Source: an uncultured Gammaproteobacteria bacterium (GTDB lineage Bacteria; Patescibacteriota; Patescibacteriia; CAZGFX01). From it: DNA of 64,000 bases. The notes under the pieces were generated by a model. That model worked only from the letters and a program-made list of their open reading frames with translations. It was not told the DNA's origin and did not search any database. Of the stretch, positions 37,376-47,679 are shown piece by piece. A program made the translations under genes and the position numbers. The stretch is from assembly GCA_964524845.1 (NCBI GenBank), contig CAZGFX010000003.1:115954-179953 (forward strand). Reading direction: 5' to 3'. Each line of letters begins with the position of its first letter. The first letter of the stretch is position 1.

Positions 37376-37762
37376 ATGTTTATCACTATGAAATCTTTTC
37401 TTAAAAAACATGCATATACAATTATGTGGACGGTTGTGTGTGTTGTAGCAGGAGTAATGTTCTATAAATATCAAAGTGTATATGCTCAAACACTTCCTGA
37501 TCCACTTGGAACAGATCCCAATAAACCACTTACACCACAAACACTTATAGGACGAGCTGTGAGATATCTTTTCGGAGTAGCTGGATCATTAGCACTTCTT
37601 AATTTTGTTATTGCTGGAATTCGTATGATGATGGCACAAGGAGTTCCTGACAAAGTAAACGCAGCCAAAAAATCGATGCAATATACTGTAATTGGCTTAG
37701 TTGCGATGTTTACAAGCTATGCAATTATTCGATTTATCATAATTTTGCTTCAAAACAAGTAA
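37376..37762 (+). CDS. T4SS pilin-like small membrane protein
   Basis: 'LALLNFVIAGIRMMMAQGVPDKVNAAKKSMQYTVIGLVAMFTSYAI'. Confidence 0.6.
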   Translation: MFITMKSFLKKHAYTIMWTVVCVVAGVMFYKYQSVYAQTLPDPLGTDPNKPLTPQTLIGRAVRYLFGVAGSLALLNFVIAGIRMMMAQGVPDKVNAAKKSMQYTVIGLVAMFTSYAIIRFIIILLQNK

Positions 37763-37919
37763 TTTTCGTGTTTTATAAAATAGTGATATACACTTTTTTC
37801 GTAAAATGGGGTATAATAATATTGTTGTCTTAATGACAACTCTGAACTTAAGTTCGGACATCCGTTTTTAATACGGATTCCAAATACTATATTAAAGTTT
37901 AACAATTAAGACTTAGTCT

Positions 37920-38291
37920 ATGATGAATAAGGTTAAGACGCTTGTTGCACCTATCGCGGCGTTTGCCATAACAGCGTTTGCAAATTCTGCAAAAGCTATT
38001 TCTGTAAATTTTGACGTCGTATCAAGCACTGGTCTTGGTACAACTGGTCTCGAAGACTCAATTGCTCGTGTAATTAACATTGCACTTGGCTTCTTGGGTT
38101 TGATTTCAGTTATTATCATTCTCCTTGGTGGATTCAAATGGATGACATCAGGTGGTGATGGTGAAAAAATAAAAGGCGCTAAAAAACTTATTGGCGCTGG
38201 AGTAGTTGGTCTTGCTATCGTCCTCGCGGCGTATGCAATCGCTCAGTTTGCTGTAAGCAAATTACTAAATGTTACAGGAGGCGACCAATAA
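37920..38291 (+). CDS. T4SS pilin-like small membrane protein
   Basis: 'LISVIIILLGGFKWMTSGGDGEKIKGAKKLIGAGVVGLAIVLAAYAI'. Confidence 0.65.
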   Translation: MMNKVKTLVAPIAAFAITAFANSAKAISVNFDVVSSTGLGTTGLEDSIARVINIALGFLGLISVIIILLGGFKWMTSGGDGEKIKGAKKLIGAGVVGLAIVLAAYAIAQFAVSKLLNVTGGDQ

Positions 38292-38323
38292 TTTATTTCT
38301 TTAACATACATAAACAAAATACT

Positions 38324-38809
38324 ATGCGAACAAACTCTTTCAGACTTCTTACAACATCACTGGCCATAGCAAGTATTTTGTTTGGTTTGTTGCAGACAGA
38401 TTCTTTGGCATATGCCAAAGAATCTACTGTGCACCAAACAAGCGAGAGAATGCTCCTCGCACAAACAACAACTCAACCGAACACATTCGGACTTGATGAA
38501 TCAAAAGTTGAATCCGGAGTAAAATTTACGGAAGGATCTCCTTACTCATTAATCGGAATAGTCATCAATGTAATACTCAGTTTTCTTGGAATCATATTCT
38601 TAGTCATAGTTATATATGCGGGCGTACTATGGATGACTGCGAGCGGAAACAGCGATCAGATTAAGAAGGCGAAAAATATGATCCAAAACGCTATAATCGG
38701 ACTTATTGTTGTCGCGATGGCATATATCATTACTCAGAACATATATGATCTCATAACGACAAAACTCCCAAGTGGAACCGGAAATCAACAACAGACACCA
38801 ACCCAATAA
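38324..38809 (+). CDS. T4SS pilin-like small membrane protein
   Basis: 'IIFLVIVIYAGVLWMTASGNSDQIKKAKNMIQNAIIGLIVVAMAYII'. Confidence 0.65.
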   Translation: MRTNSFRLLTTSLAIASILFGLLQTDSLAYAKESTVHQTSERMLLAQTTTQPNTFGLDESKVESGVKFTEGSPYSLIGIVINVILSFLGIIFLVIVIYAGVLWMTASGNSDQIKKAKNMIQNAIIGLIVVAMAYIITQNIYDLITTKLPSGTGNQQQTPTQ

Positions 38810-38832
38810 CGAATATATTTAATAATACCTCG

Positions 38833-39978
38833 ATGAAAACAACCCTTATCAATCACGGAAGCATTAGTAAATGGACGAAAATACTCACTATAATGTTCGC
38901 CGTGTCTGCTTTTTTTATTTTTGGAAATTCCGCAAGCGCTGAATTTACAGGACAGTGCCAGGGAAATCCAATCGAAGGCACAAACAACAAAGAAACGGAA
39001 TTTTCTGTATCTGTTATAAAACAAGTAAACAACAACGGACGAGAACAAGAACCAGAAGTAAAAAATGGTTCTGTAACAGTTACTTTTATAGGAGATTATG
39101 TGAATGTAATATTAAGTGGAATTGGTGGATCAACCGCACAACAAGCAAAAATAGATCTAGAGAGCATTAGTGCTGATGACAAAAATACGATTTTAAAAGA
39201 ATTGTATGAAGAATATATAAAAAATGACACATATAAACCATATCGTGATACAGCAAAAGAAAAATGCGGAAATGATTGTTATGGTAATGACTATGTAGAC
39301 GAAAATTATTTTTTAGAAAAAAACCAATCAACAACTTTCAAGATCAATTTTTTATCGGATAAACTTGATAAAAATAATTTAGAATCTTTTATAAATAAAT
39401 TGAAAATATCCTCAACAATAAAAATCCCAGTAATATGTACACTAAAGAAATGTAATGATTTTTCATACGAAACGTGCCCGACCGCAAAAGGGTGTAAAGT
39501 TACAAACATTAACACATGTGTTGATACGTCTGAGACAGGTGACAGTGGAGGAGATTTTTTAACAAACCTTAAAGAAACACAAAGAAAAACAAGTTTATAT
39601 AAAGAACAAACAAATATATCGTCAACAGCAACAATTGATGTGATTGCTAACATAATAGAAAGAATTTTGCAATTTTTAGGAATAATTCTGATGCTTCTTG
39701 TCATGTATTCCGGCTATCTATGGCTTACAGCAATGGGTAACAAAGACAAGATAACTAGAGCAAAAACAATTATTGTAAACGCTGTCATAGGAATTGTAAT
39801 AGTCGCCGCTGCGTATAGTATAACCGCATTTGTCATGAGCAGAATACAATCAGCGACAGAAACAGGGGACACAGAAAGTGTTGGATGTGAAAAATACAAA
39901 GAAGAAACACAGTGTAAAAACATACCAGAATGTTTATGGAACAAGGTGTCCGGTATTTGTGAAGATATAAATAAATAA
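38833..39978 (+). CDS. T4SS pilin-like protein with a long N-terminal extracellular domain and a Cys-rich C-terminal tail
   Basis: 'ILMLLVMYSGYLWLTAMGNKDKITRAKTIIVNAVIGIVIVAAAYSI', followed by 'CEKYKEETQCKNIPECLWNKVSGICEDI'. Confidence 0.6.
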   Translation: MKTTLINHGSISKWTKILTIMFAVSAFFIFGNSASAEFTGQCQGNPIEGTNNKETEFSVSVIKQVNNNGREQEPEVKNGSVTVTFIGDYVNVILSGIGGSTAQQAKIDLESISADDKNTILKELYEEYIKNDTYKPYRDTAKEKCGNDCYGNDYVDENYFLEKNQSTTFKINFLSDKLDKNNLESFINKLKISSTIKIPVICTLKKCNDFSYETCPTAKGCKVTNINTCVDTSETGDSGGDFLTNLKETQRKTSLYKEQTNISSTATIDVIANIIERILQFLGIILMLLVMYSGYLWLTAMGNKDKITRAKTIIVNAVIGIVIVAAAYSITAFVMSRIQSATETGDTESVGCEKYKEETQCKNIPECLWNKVSGICEDINK

Positions 39979-39987
39979 GTTTATTAT

Positions 39988-40533
39988 ATGAGCAAAATAA
40001 AAATAACAAATATTATAATATTATCAATTTTTTGCTTATTGTTTACAATTATAATAATTTCTCCTGTCATAAGCGCAGCAGATTGTACAAACACAACAGA
40101 AGGTCAAATACCAGATCCCGATTGTGCACTTAAAAATGTAAAATCAAATATCGATTCATATAAATCACAGGAACCGGACACTACAAATCCTGAGTTTTAC
40201 GCGGGCGCCCTTATCCAGACAATACTTATATATGTAGGAACCGTATTTCTTATACTTATGCTATATGCAGGAGTTAATTGGATGCTAGCGAATGGGAATC
40301 CTGACAGAATAGCCAAATCAAAATCAATACTTCAGCACTCTGTAATAGGACTTATTGTTATCGTATTTGCATATTCTATCGCGCTATTCGTAGTACAAAG
40401 AGCCGAGAAGATAAAGAATCCGGTTGGTTTTACAAGGTGTGAATTATATACTAATCAGACACAATGTGAACAAAACACATCTTGCGTATGGATAAAATCA
40501 ACTGATAATCCAAATGGTGGTGTGTGTAAATAA
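39988..40533 (+). CDS. T4SS pilin-like protein with a Cys-rich C-terminal tail
   Basis: 'VFLILMLYAGVNWMLANGNPDRIAKSKSILQHSVIGLIVIVFAYSI', followed by 'CELYTNQTQCEQNTSCVWIKS...GGVCK'. Confidence 0.6.
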   Translation: MSKIKITNIIILSIFCLLFTIIIISPVISAADCTNTTEGQIPDPDCALKNVKSNIDSYKSQEPDTTNPEFYAGALIQTILIYVGTVFLILMLYAGVNWMLANGNPDRIAKSKSILQHSVIGLIVIVFAYSIALFVVQRAEKIKNPVGFTRCELYTNQTQCEQNTSCVWIKSTDNPNGGVCK

Positions 40534-40537
40534 TTTT

Positions 40538-41167
40538 ATGAAACATTCTTTTTTACAAAAAACAATAATTACATGTGTCTCTTTTGTCTTTTTATGTATC
40601 CCTGTTTTTTCTTATGCACAACTTGGTACAGCAACAAGTGAAAAAATCCAGGAAAACACAACCCAAACAGGAGTAGAGGCAGGACTTATAGCAAATAGGG
40701 AAGCAGCTGCTAAAGAAGATATAAAAACAAAAGCGATACAAATTGTACAATACGCACTTGCTCTACTTGGTACAATACTTGTCATTATGATTTTGTGGGC
40801 AGGAACACAAATATTATTTTCTGGTGGAAATTCTGAAAAAATAAAGGCTGGCAAGAAAACGATCATAAATGCAATTGCCGGACTTGCTCTTATTCTCGTG
40901 GCTTACAGCGGAACCGTATTCCTAACAAAACGACTTAATCAAGTATTTAGCGAACCTCAAATAGGTACACCGTGTAAGAGCGACGCCGATTGTCCGAAAG
41001 GGACTCGTTGCGCATCACAACTTCTAAGTAAGAGTGTTTGCGCCCCATGGGGGGTAAATGCTTTTTGCAACAAATGTACATCTGATACAGATTGCCCAAG
41101 TAATCAAAGATGTGTCGAGGGTAGTTTTATTCCTGGGGTTGTGGTAGGTCAAAAGTGTTGTAAATAA
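40538..41167 (+). CDS. T4SS pilin-like protein with a Cys-rich C-terminal domain
   Basis: 'ILVIMILWAGTQILFSGGNSEKIKAGKKTIINAIAGLALILVAYS', followed by 'CKSDADCPKGTRC...CNKCTSDTDCPSNQRC...KCCK'. Start taken at the internal Met 'MKHSF'. Confidence 0.6.
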   Translation: MKHSFLQKTIITCVSFVFLCIPVFSYAQLGTATSEKIQENTTQTGVEAGLIANREAAAKEDIKTKAIQIVQYALALLGTILVIMILWAGTQILFSGGNSEKIKAGKKTIINAIAGLALILVAYSGTVFLTKRLNQVFSEPQIGTPCKSDADCPKGTRCASQLLSKSVCAPWGVNAFCNKCTSDTDCPSNQRCVEGSFIPGVVVGQKCCK

Positions 41168-41205
41168 TATATATCTCGTAATTCATAATTATCTAAAATA
41201 TTCAT

Positions 41206-41571
41206 ATGAAAAAAATACTTCTCATAATGTCGACTATGTTCTATTCTTTTCTATCAAATGCTAGTTCTGTGTTTGCTCAAGACTCACAAAGCCTAGATAG
41301 GTTTGGAAAACAAGCAGGATATGCAACTGATACCGCAAAAGACCCTGGAATAATAGCGAGCGATTTTATTTCAACATCATTATCATATATCGGAATCATC
41401 GCTGTTATCCTTTTCGTCATTGCAGGATTTATATGGATGACAGCAGGAGGAAATGCGAAGAAAGTCGAGACTGCAAAACAAATGATATTCAGTACTGTTA
41501 TAGGTCTTGTTATCATCTTCGCCGCATTTGCTATAGTAATGACAGTTATCCGCACCGTCGGAACAAAATAA
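41206..41571 (+). CDS. T4SS pilin-like small membrane protein
   Basis: 'IAVILFVIAGFIWMTAGGNAKKVETAKQMIFSTVIGLVIIFAAFAI'. Confidence 0.65.
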   Translation: MKKILLIMSTMFYSFLSNASSVFAQDSQSLDRFGKQAGYATDTAKDPGIIASDFISTSLSYIGIIAVILFVIAGFIWMTAGGNAKKVETAKQMIFSTVIGLVIIFAAFAIVMTVIRTVGTK

Positions 41572-41589
41572 AACATACCCAATAAGAAA

Positions 41590-41624
41590 ATCCGTCCCGT
41601 GTTACGGGACGGATTTATTTTTTT
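41590..41624. terminator. strong bidirectional intrinsic terminator closing the pilin array
   Basis: 'atccgtcccgtgttacgggacggat' plus 'ttattttttt'. Confidence 0.7.
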
Positions 41625-43002
41625 AATAAACCGTTATTGGTTTTTCCGCTCCATATTCTGTGTTACCTAATTGAATATAAGAGTCGGGAATTATCGTTTC
41701 TTTCTCCTTTAACGATTCTTTTCCAGAGAAATAATCAATACTTCCGAAAAAAGTAGCCACTATTGTACTTCTTTGGGCACGTGCCTTTTTGTCTATAACG
41801 GGACACTTATCAAAAGCTGCAAAGTTCGGATGCACTAAAATTAAATGAAGTTTTTTCGCTTTCCCTTTGTGCTCTATATAATAAGAACTTCCTATTACCT
41901 TAACTGGCACATATCTGTCTTCTGGTACTTCAATCGCTACTATCCAACCAGGATCAACCATAAGTGTTTTTCCACCAAACATGATCTCAAACGTTTTATC
42001 AGATCTGGTGTTTGTGAAGGCGATGATGTAAGATCTGGTTTTTTTCTTCTCTGTAACGGAATAAAATCCTCCGTAAGTGCTGTAAATAGGATATAGTTTT
42101 AATTTATCCTTGCCATCACTTATTTCAGGAAGAAAAAGATAAATACCTGACTCTTGATCAAAATACTCATCAACTGATTTTTTGTTGTTTCCACCTGTTC
42201 TACGAGAAATTTCTTTCTCGTACCATTTCTTGCTGATAAGTATTTTTGTCAGTGTGAAACCGCTTGTTACCAAGTCTGAAAAATTATCATAGCCTCCTTC
42301 ATAATAATTATGAAAGTTACTATTAAACACATTCCATGTAACACCTGGCATCACCCAGTCAAAACATCTGACGTCCTCAGAAGACAGCACAATCCACACA
42401 TTAAACGTGAGATTATAAATGTCAGTAAATTTGTGCTTTTTGAAAAATGTATCCTGAGACACAGATTTCAGTGTTAGTGCCACCCCCAAATTGTTCGAAT
42501 CAAGCGAACCAAACATTTTCGCTATATCTTTTTCACTCCTGTTCGGGGATGTTCCCATTAAATCAACGTCTTTTCCAACTGAATCATCTGATGATAAAAG
42601 CAACATCTCTGTAGGAACAGGCGAGAATTCAGAAAGAAATTTAATGTGCTTATTAATGACCTTGCGATCGCTTTCAATAAACAGTTTATAAGTCTTTCCG
42701 TTTCCGTCCCGAACAGAAATTTCTTTTCCATCATCCCTGAGTGGAATTTCAACCGGGAAAACATCTCCTTCCAAAATCGTTTTTCCTTTGTACGTAAAAG
42801 GGTTAATGTCCTCGTTTTTCACAATAACGAAGACTTTTTCAGATGCTTTGTTTGTTAAGTCTCTTTCACTGATTCCTTTTTCTTTGTTAGGAGAAACCCA
42901 TTTTGCATTCTGAGTTCCTGCGCAAGAAACAAAGGAAAAAGCAATTAAAACGCTGGCAAAGAACAACATTAAGGTTTTCATGATATCCTCTTTCTGTCTC
43001 AT
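41623..43002 (-). CDS. hypothetical lipoprotein
   Basis: Signal plus lipobox 'SFVSCAG'. 459 aa. No family recognised. Confidence 0.5.
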   Translation of the reverse strand: MRQKEDIMKTLMLFFASVLIAFSFVSCAGTQNAKWVSPNKEKGISERDLTNKASEKVFVIVKNEDINPFTYKGKTILEGDVFPVEIPLRDDGKEISVRDGNGKTYKLFIESDRKVINKHIKFLSEFSPVPTEMLLLSSDDSVGKDVDLMGTSPNRSEKDIAKMFGSLDSNNLGVALTLKSVSQDTFFKKHKFTDIYNLTFNVWIVLSSEDVRCFDWVMPGVTWNVFNSNFHNYYEGGYDNFSDLVTSGFTLTKILISKKWYEKEISRRTGGNNKKSVDEYFDQESGIYLFLPEISDGKDKLKLYPIYSTYGGFYSVTEKKKTRSYIIAFTNTRSDKTFEIMFGGKTLMVDPGWIVAIEVPEDRYVPVKVIGSSYYIEHKGKAKKLHLILVHPNFAAFDKCPVIDKKARAQRSTIVATFFGSIDYFSGKESLKEKETIIPDSYIQLGNTEYGAEKPITVY

Positions 43003-43235
43003 TTATGAGACTTTTTGGTTTTTTAAACATGTTTATTATTAACTATTTTATCATTTAATTATAGCAAATAGTACAACAAAAGTCAATTAGTGTGTTCTTG
43101 GCTAAAATAAGTGATTTTAATATATATTTATTCGAAATACTCGAAAAAACAAATTATTATAAAAAGACTAAAAACAGTGGTTTTTACAAAAATAAAAAAG
43201 AGCGGTTATGTTTAATAACCACTCTTAATAAAAGA

Positions 43236-44027
43236 TTACTTGTTTGATCCGAGTAAATGAACAGACTCGATTCTTTTTAAATAAATAAGTCGATTTGATC
43301 CAGACTTATTATTTTTGTCATATTCTGTTGCTGGGTTAAAAATCGAAATACCTGTATAAGAAATTTTAGACGAAGAAAAATAATTTTTTACTTCCTCACA
43401 AAACTTCTTTGCCCTCATATCAGAAACCCACTTATATGACCGAAGTGTAATATCCTTTTCTCCTTTCGAATCATATTCACTTACAATCTTCCTGATGTTT
43501 TTTGGAACAGATCCGGCATCGGACAATGCAGTATAGTTTGCATTAGAAACAATTTTGATATTTGGAAAAGATCCTTTTTCGTTATAAAATCTATCGAATA
43601 CTACTCCAAGAATTTTCGCAATATCCTTGTGTTTCTGATTAAGATCTGTTTCCCACTTATCAAATTCTGTTCCTTCTAAAACAAGTTCTGATACCGATAA
43701 TTTTCCTTCGAGAAACAACCATAAATTATCAACGGTTTCCTGTACAACCTGAGTGTCGGTTCCACCAATCCCCAAATCCCTGACGAGCGGAGCACCAACA
43801 TCAGACACAGTAGGAGCAAGTGTAACGATTTTTATCGGTTCAGGACAACCACAATTGTCCCATGTTCCAGAAGCCAAATCACACTTATCCCAAACATCAG
43901 GAACACCATCATCGTCGGAATCCTGTTGCGCAACATAACGCGACGGCGCACACGAAACAGCGACGAGAGAAAATGTAATGGCGACAAGCCAAAACATGTT
44001 TTTGAACTTAACGAAAAACTTTTTCAT
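43236..44027 (-). CDS. hypothetical lipoprotein
   Basis: Signal plus lipobox 'VAVSCAP'. Hairpin 'ccccgtttgcgggg' in the 5' leader. Confidence 0.5.
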   Translation of the reverse strand: MKKFFVKFKNMFWLVAITFSLVAVSCAPSRYVAQQDSDDDGVPDVWDKCDLASGTWDNCGCPEPIKIVTLAPTVSDVGAPLVRDLGIGGTDTQVVQETVDNLWLFLEGKLSVSELVLEGTEFDKWETDLNQKHKDIAKILGVVFDRFYNEKGSFPNIKIVSNANYTALSDAGSVPKNIRKIVSEYDSKGEKDITLRSYKWVSDMRAKKFCEEVKNYFSSSKISYTGISIFNPATEYDKNNKSGSNRLIYLKRIESVHLLGSNK

Positions 44028-44153
44028 GGTAATCTCCTTGCCCCGTTTGCGGGGCTTTCAAATGTTTTTTTGATTTTAATTTATTTTAATGTATTTAAAT
44101 CCCTAAACCTTAGTACAATTCCATTAATCTGTCAAATATGATATACTGTTTAT

Positions 44154-46010
44154 ATGAAAACATGGCTCAAATTAGCGATTGCGATACTTGTGTATAACTC
44201 TATATTTATCTGTTTTTGTCTATACAAGTACTTTCATTACCTGTATAACGGGCTTGATCTGGCTATATACACGAACGTTCTCCATAATATAATAAATGGA
44301 AACGGAGCTTGGTCGAGCATACAAATGCAAAATTATTTCGGTGATCATTTCGAACCATTTCTTTTTATTATTTCTATATTTTATTCTCTGTTTCAATCTC
44401 CTATTACGCTTCTTGTTATACAAACAATTGTTATCAGTTTATCCGTCATACCAATATATTTCATTTCAAAAAAATATTTTGATGAGAAAAAATCATTTCT
44501 CGTTTCAGTCGTGTGGCTTCTTATTCCGTTACTGCATAATATCAACTCATTTGAATTTCATATTTTGTCATTCGCGATACCGCTTATCGCATGGACATAT
44601 TATGCATATCAAAAAAACAACTTCTCACTATTTTGTATAATTGCTATTCTATCACTTCTTGTTCGAGAAGACGTCGCACTTGTAATTATGATGTTCGGGG
44701 TTCTATCTTGGATAGACAAAAAAGCGCTTCGTTGGAAGGTTTTTCCTGCTGTTATGGGATTTTTATACTTCCTCACAACAACATACTTTATAGGAAGATT
44801 ATCTGACAGCGGATCTTATAAATTTCTCGCATATTATGGATGGATACAAGCAAACACCCCACCATGGGAAATAATTATACATATTTTTAATCCTGCGAAT
44901 ATTCTTTTTGTATTTGTACTTCTCTGTATTTTTATCTTTCTTCCTATTTTTAAGTTACGAACTCTTATATTAATCATTCCGATTATTTTTCAAATCATAT
45001 TACAAGGAACAAACCACACATGGATCGTGCTCACAACACATTATACCAGTCTTCTCCTTCCTGTTTTTTTCATAGCGTCAATTCAGGGTTATTCCTCAAT
45101 AATCAAGGATGATAAAAATATTTTTTCTCGTTTTTTCGGCCAACACAAAGAACTTCTTCCTGTGCTTATAGGAGCTACAATCGTTTATACTACTATGGTT
45201 ATAGGGCCTTTTCTTGGCCTAATAAAGCCAGTTTATGATATAAAAACACAAATTTATAATGAACTTCTCTCTTCGATTGAGAAAAACACCGGAAAAACAA
45301 TAAATGCAACATTGGCAGTACTTCCGTTATATGCGAACACAGAAAACACATACTCACATCATTATACATTTCTAGGAAGATCACAATTCGGGGCACGAGA
45401 ATATAAAATTCCGAGTACACCAGATTACCATATAATAGACTTCGATGATTATTTTTATTATCAAAACAATTTTAAATATAATCCCGTTGTAGAAAGATAT
45501 TGGTCAGAAGCGACAAGTAATATAAAAAATGTTTTAGACCCAAAAAATTATTCAATAGAAAATTGTATAAACTCTTTGTGTGTTTTCAAAAAAGGCGGTT
45601 CTTATGAAATGTCTCGTTTCTATGAAAAAAGTGATTTCACAAGTAAAAAGGATTTTGAAGTGACGCTTGCAGAACAAAACAAAAACAATCAATTTATTGA
45701 CATAAAGATAAAATATCAGCAAAAAAACGTGGATAATAAGATGCTTTTTGCAAAATTCTCATATGAAAAGAATGGGCAAAAAATATATGAGACCTTAATA
45801 CCGGTTAATTATGGTTTTAAAAACTCTGACGAATGGGAGGCGAGAAGTGCATATATAAACTCGTATCATTTGTTTGTTCCTGATCCATCAATAATAATAC
45901 GAATGCAAGTCATAACGGCTCGCGGATATGAAACAATAGGAAGCATGCGCGAAACAATTCACAAGCTCAATAAGGAAAAGATTCTATACGAAACAATTTT
46001 GAAAAATTAA
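44154..46010 (+). CDS. polytopic membrane protein, DUF2079-like (putative envelope glycosyltransferase)
   Basis: About 12 TM in the N-terminal ~350 aa, plus a soluble C-terminal domain. 'GLDLAIYTNVLHNI' N-terminal motif. The family call is from memory. Confidence 0.4.
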   Translation: MKTWLKLAIAILVYNSIFICFCLYKYFHYLYNGLDLAIYTNVLHNIINGNGAWSSIQMQNYFGDHFEPFLFIISIFYSLFQSPITLLVIQTIVISLSVIPIYFISKKYFDEKKSFLVSVVWLLIPLLHNINSFEFHILSFAIPLIAWTYYAYQKNNFSLFCIIAILSLLVREDVALVIMMFGVLSWIDKKALRWKVFPAVMGFLYFLTTTYFIGRLSDSGSYKFLAYYGWIQANTPPWEIIIHIFNPANILFVFVLLCIFIFLPIFKLRTLILIIPIIFQIILQGTNHTWIVLTTHYTSLLLPVFFIASIQGYSSIIKDDKNIFSRFFGQHKELLPVLIGATIVYTTMVIGPFLGLIKPVYDIKTQIYNELLSSIEKNTGKTINATLAVLPLYANTENTYSHHYTFLGRSQFGAREYKIPSTPDYHIIDFDDYFYYQNNFKYNPVVERYWSEATSNIKNVLDPKNYSIENCINSLCVFKKGGSYEMSRFYEKSDFTSKKDFEVTLAEQNKNNQFIDIKIKYQQKNVDNKMLFAKFSYEKNGQKIYETLIPVNYGFKNSDEWEARSAYINSYHLFVPDPSIIIRMQVITARGYETIGSMRETIHKLNKEKILYETILKN

Positions 46011-47647
46011 CGAGAATTTTTTATAAACAAAATAAATCCATCAAATATCTTTGCTTCAAAGAAATTATTTGCCAATAGATTAGAACGCGCGAAATCAATT
46101 CGTTCATTAGAATTGTTTTTTGTATCAATCACCACATAATTTATTCTAGAATCCATGTCCTTCTTTTCTCCGTATATCAACGGGTATATTGAAGCTGATT
46201 TTTTATATGAAATGGTTTCAGCCCAATGCCCCGCAAAAACATTGTGTCCCGTATAAAAAGGTATCATAAAAGATAAGCGAGGGCTCGCAAGAACAACCCC
46301 TCGATCAAGTGTTTTCATGTAATCTAAGAGCTTTTTTTCTTCTTTTGTCATAACCACGGGTGGTTTTTCACGAGTTTGTTCAATAATAGATGTGCTTTCT
46401 GTCGCATACCCATGAATTGTAATTCCAAATAAAATTGTATAATAAATGAAAAACATGGCACACGAAAAAAACAATGATGCAACAACCCCTCTCAAAACAT
46501 ATCGAGACCATTTTGCAATAACAGAAGTATCAATACACGACAACGCTTGAACCGTAAGAATTGCAAATGTGAAATTCATTCCCTCTATATTTCTTCTTTG
46601 TTGGGAATATGGGGCAAACAAGAGAAACAATTGTATAAGACCGAGTGCGCACACATATAAAAAAACACTTCTTTGTTTCCAGTCATTTCTAAAACGCTCC
46701 CATACATACAAAAAAGAAAAAACAATTAAAAAACCAAAACTACCTAGAATATTTGAAAGAGGAGGGGTCTGAGTTATATTATTAAGCGCAACACTACGAA
46801 GCACGTCATTTATCGAATAAGCATATAAAAAATAAACGGCTGAAACCAACGGAAATAAGCCAAAAATACACGCTCTTTTAAAAATAAATAGTATATTTTT
46901 CTTATCAGCAAAATAAAACAATGCCCGCACAAAGAAAAAGAGTGTAACAACCGGAATATAATATGGGTGAAATTGTGCCAGAACGCCAAACACGAGGGAA
47001 CCTTTCCACGCGTATCCTATTTTTCCATCTGAGAAAATACGAAGTATATAATAAAAACACAGAATTAGAAGTGTCCATGAAAAAATAAAGTGAGGGGTTT
47101 CAAACATGGAAAGATAAGGAGAAATTTCGGTCGCCCATATATCCATAAAATAATACGAGGCCATGTTGTGTTCCGCATATCCAAACATACGAAGGATAAG
47201 TATTACATACCCAAAACCTCCACCAAATAACATAATAGAATGAGCGAGTTTCGTTTTCTTGTTATCACCAGAAAAGATATATTGTAAAACATAGAATGAA
47301 ACAAAAATAAGAATTGGGGATAACAAGTATTTTAGAAACATGAAGGTTCCAACCGGACTAAAACCAAGAAATTTTCCTAAAAGGCCTGAAACAAGCCAAA
47401 ATATATTGAAGAAACCAATAGCATCCACAACCGGATTAAATTGATTATGAACAAAAACACCACCATCAATAATCTGACGAATGTACTGAAAATAAACGAA
47501 TGTATCTGGATTAAAAAACTGTCCCAAAAACACGGTGTCTTTGTCTCCAAATAAAAATACAATTATATACGGCAATGAGGCCAGACACCAAACAAGAAGA
47601 ATAATACCTAGAAGCCACTTCCAATTTTTTCGTATAACTTCCAACAT
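46007..47647 (-). CDS. polytopic membrane protein (putative glycosyltransferase, PMT/ArnT-like)
   Basis: Twelve or more TM, plus a C-terminal soluble domain. Confidence 0.4.
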   Translation of the reverse strand: MLEVIRKNWKWLLGIILLVWCLASLPYIIVFLFGDKDTVFLGQFFNPDTFVYFQYIRQIIDGGVFVHNQFNPVVDAIGFFNIFWLVSGLLGKFLGFSPVGTFMFLKYLLSPILIFVSFYVLQYIFSGDNKKTKLAHSIMLFGGGFGYVILILRMFGYAEHNMASYYFMDIWATEISPYLSMFETPHFIFSWTLLILCFYYILRIFSDGKIGYAWKGSLVFGVLAQFHPYYIPVVTLFFFVRALFYFADKKNILFIFKRACIFGLFPLVSAVYFLYAYSINDVLRSVALNNITQTPPLSNILGSFGFLIVFSFLYVWERFRNDWKQRSVFLYVCALGLIQLFLLFAPYSQQRRNIEGMNFTFAILTVQALSCIDTSVIAKWSRYVLRGVVASLFFSCAMFFIYYTILFGITIHGYATESTSIIEQTREKPPVVMTKEEKKLLDYMKTLDRGVVLASPRLSFMIPFYTGHNVFAGHWAETISYKKSASIYPLIYGEKKDMDSRINYVVIDTKNNSNERIDFARSNLLANNFFEAKIFDGFILFIKNSR

Positions 47648-47679
47648 AATATTATAGGTGATATTATTATATCATACAT

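Noticed and set aside
43995-44075. The hairpin 'ccccgtttgcgggg' near 44040 as a terminator
   Set aside because: On the minus strand it lies upstream of the start of the 43236..44027 lipoprotein gene, just before its RBS, not downstream of any gene. On the plus strand no gene ends before it. It is more likely a 5' leader structure. Not annotated as a terminator.
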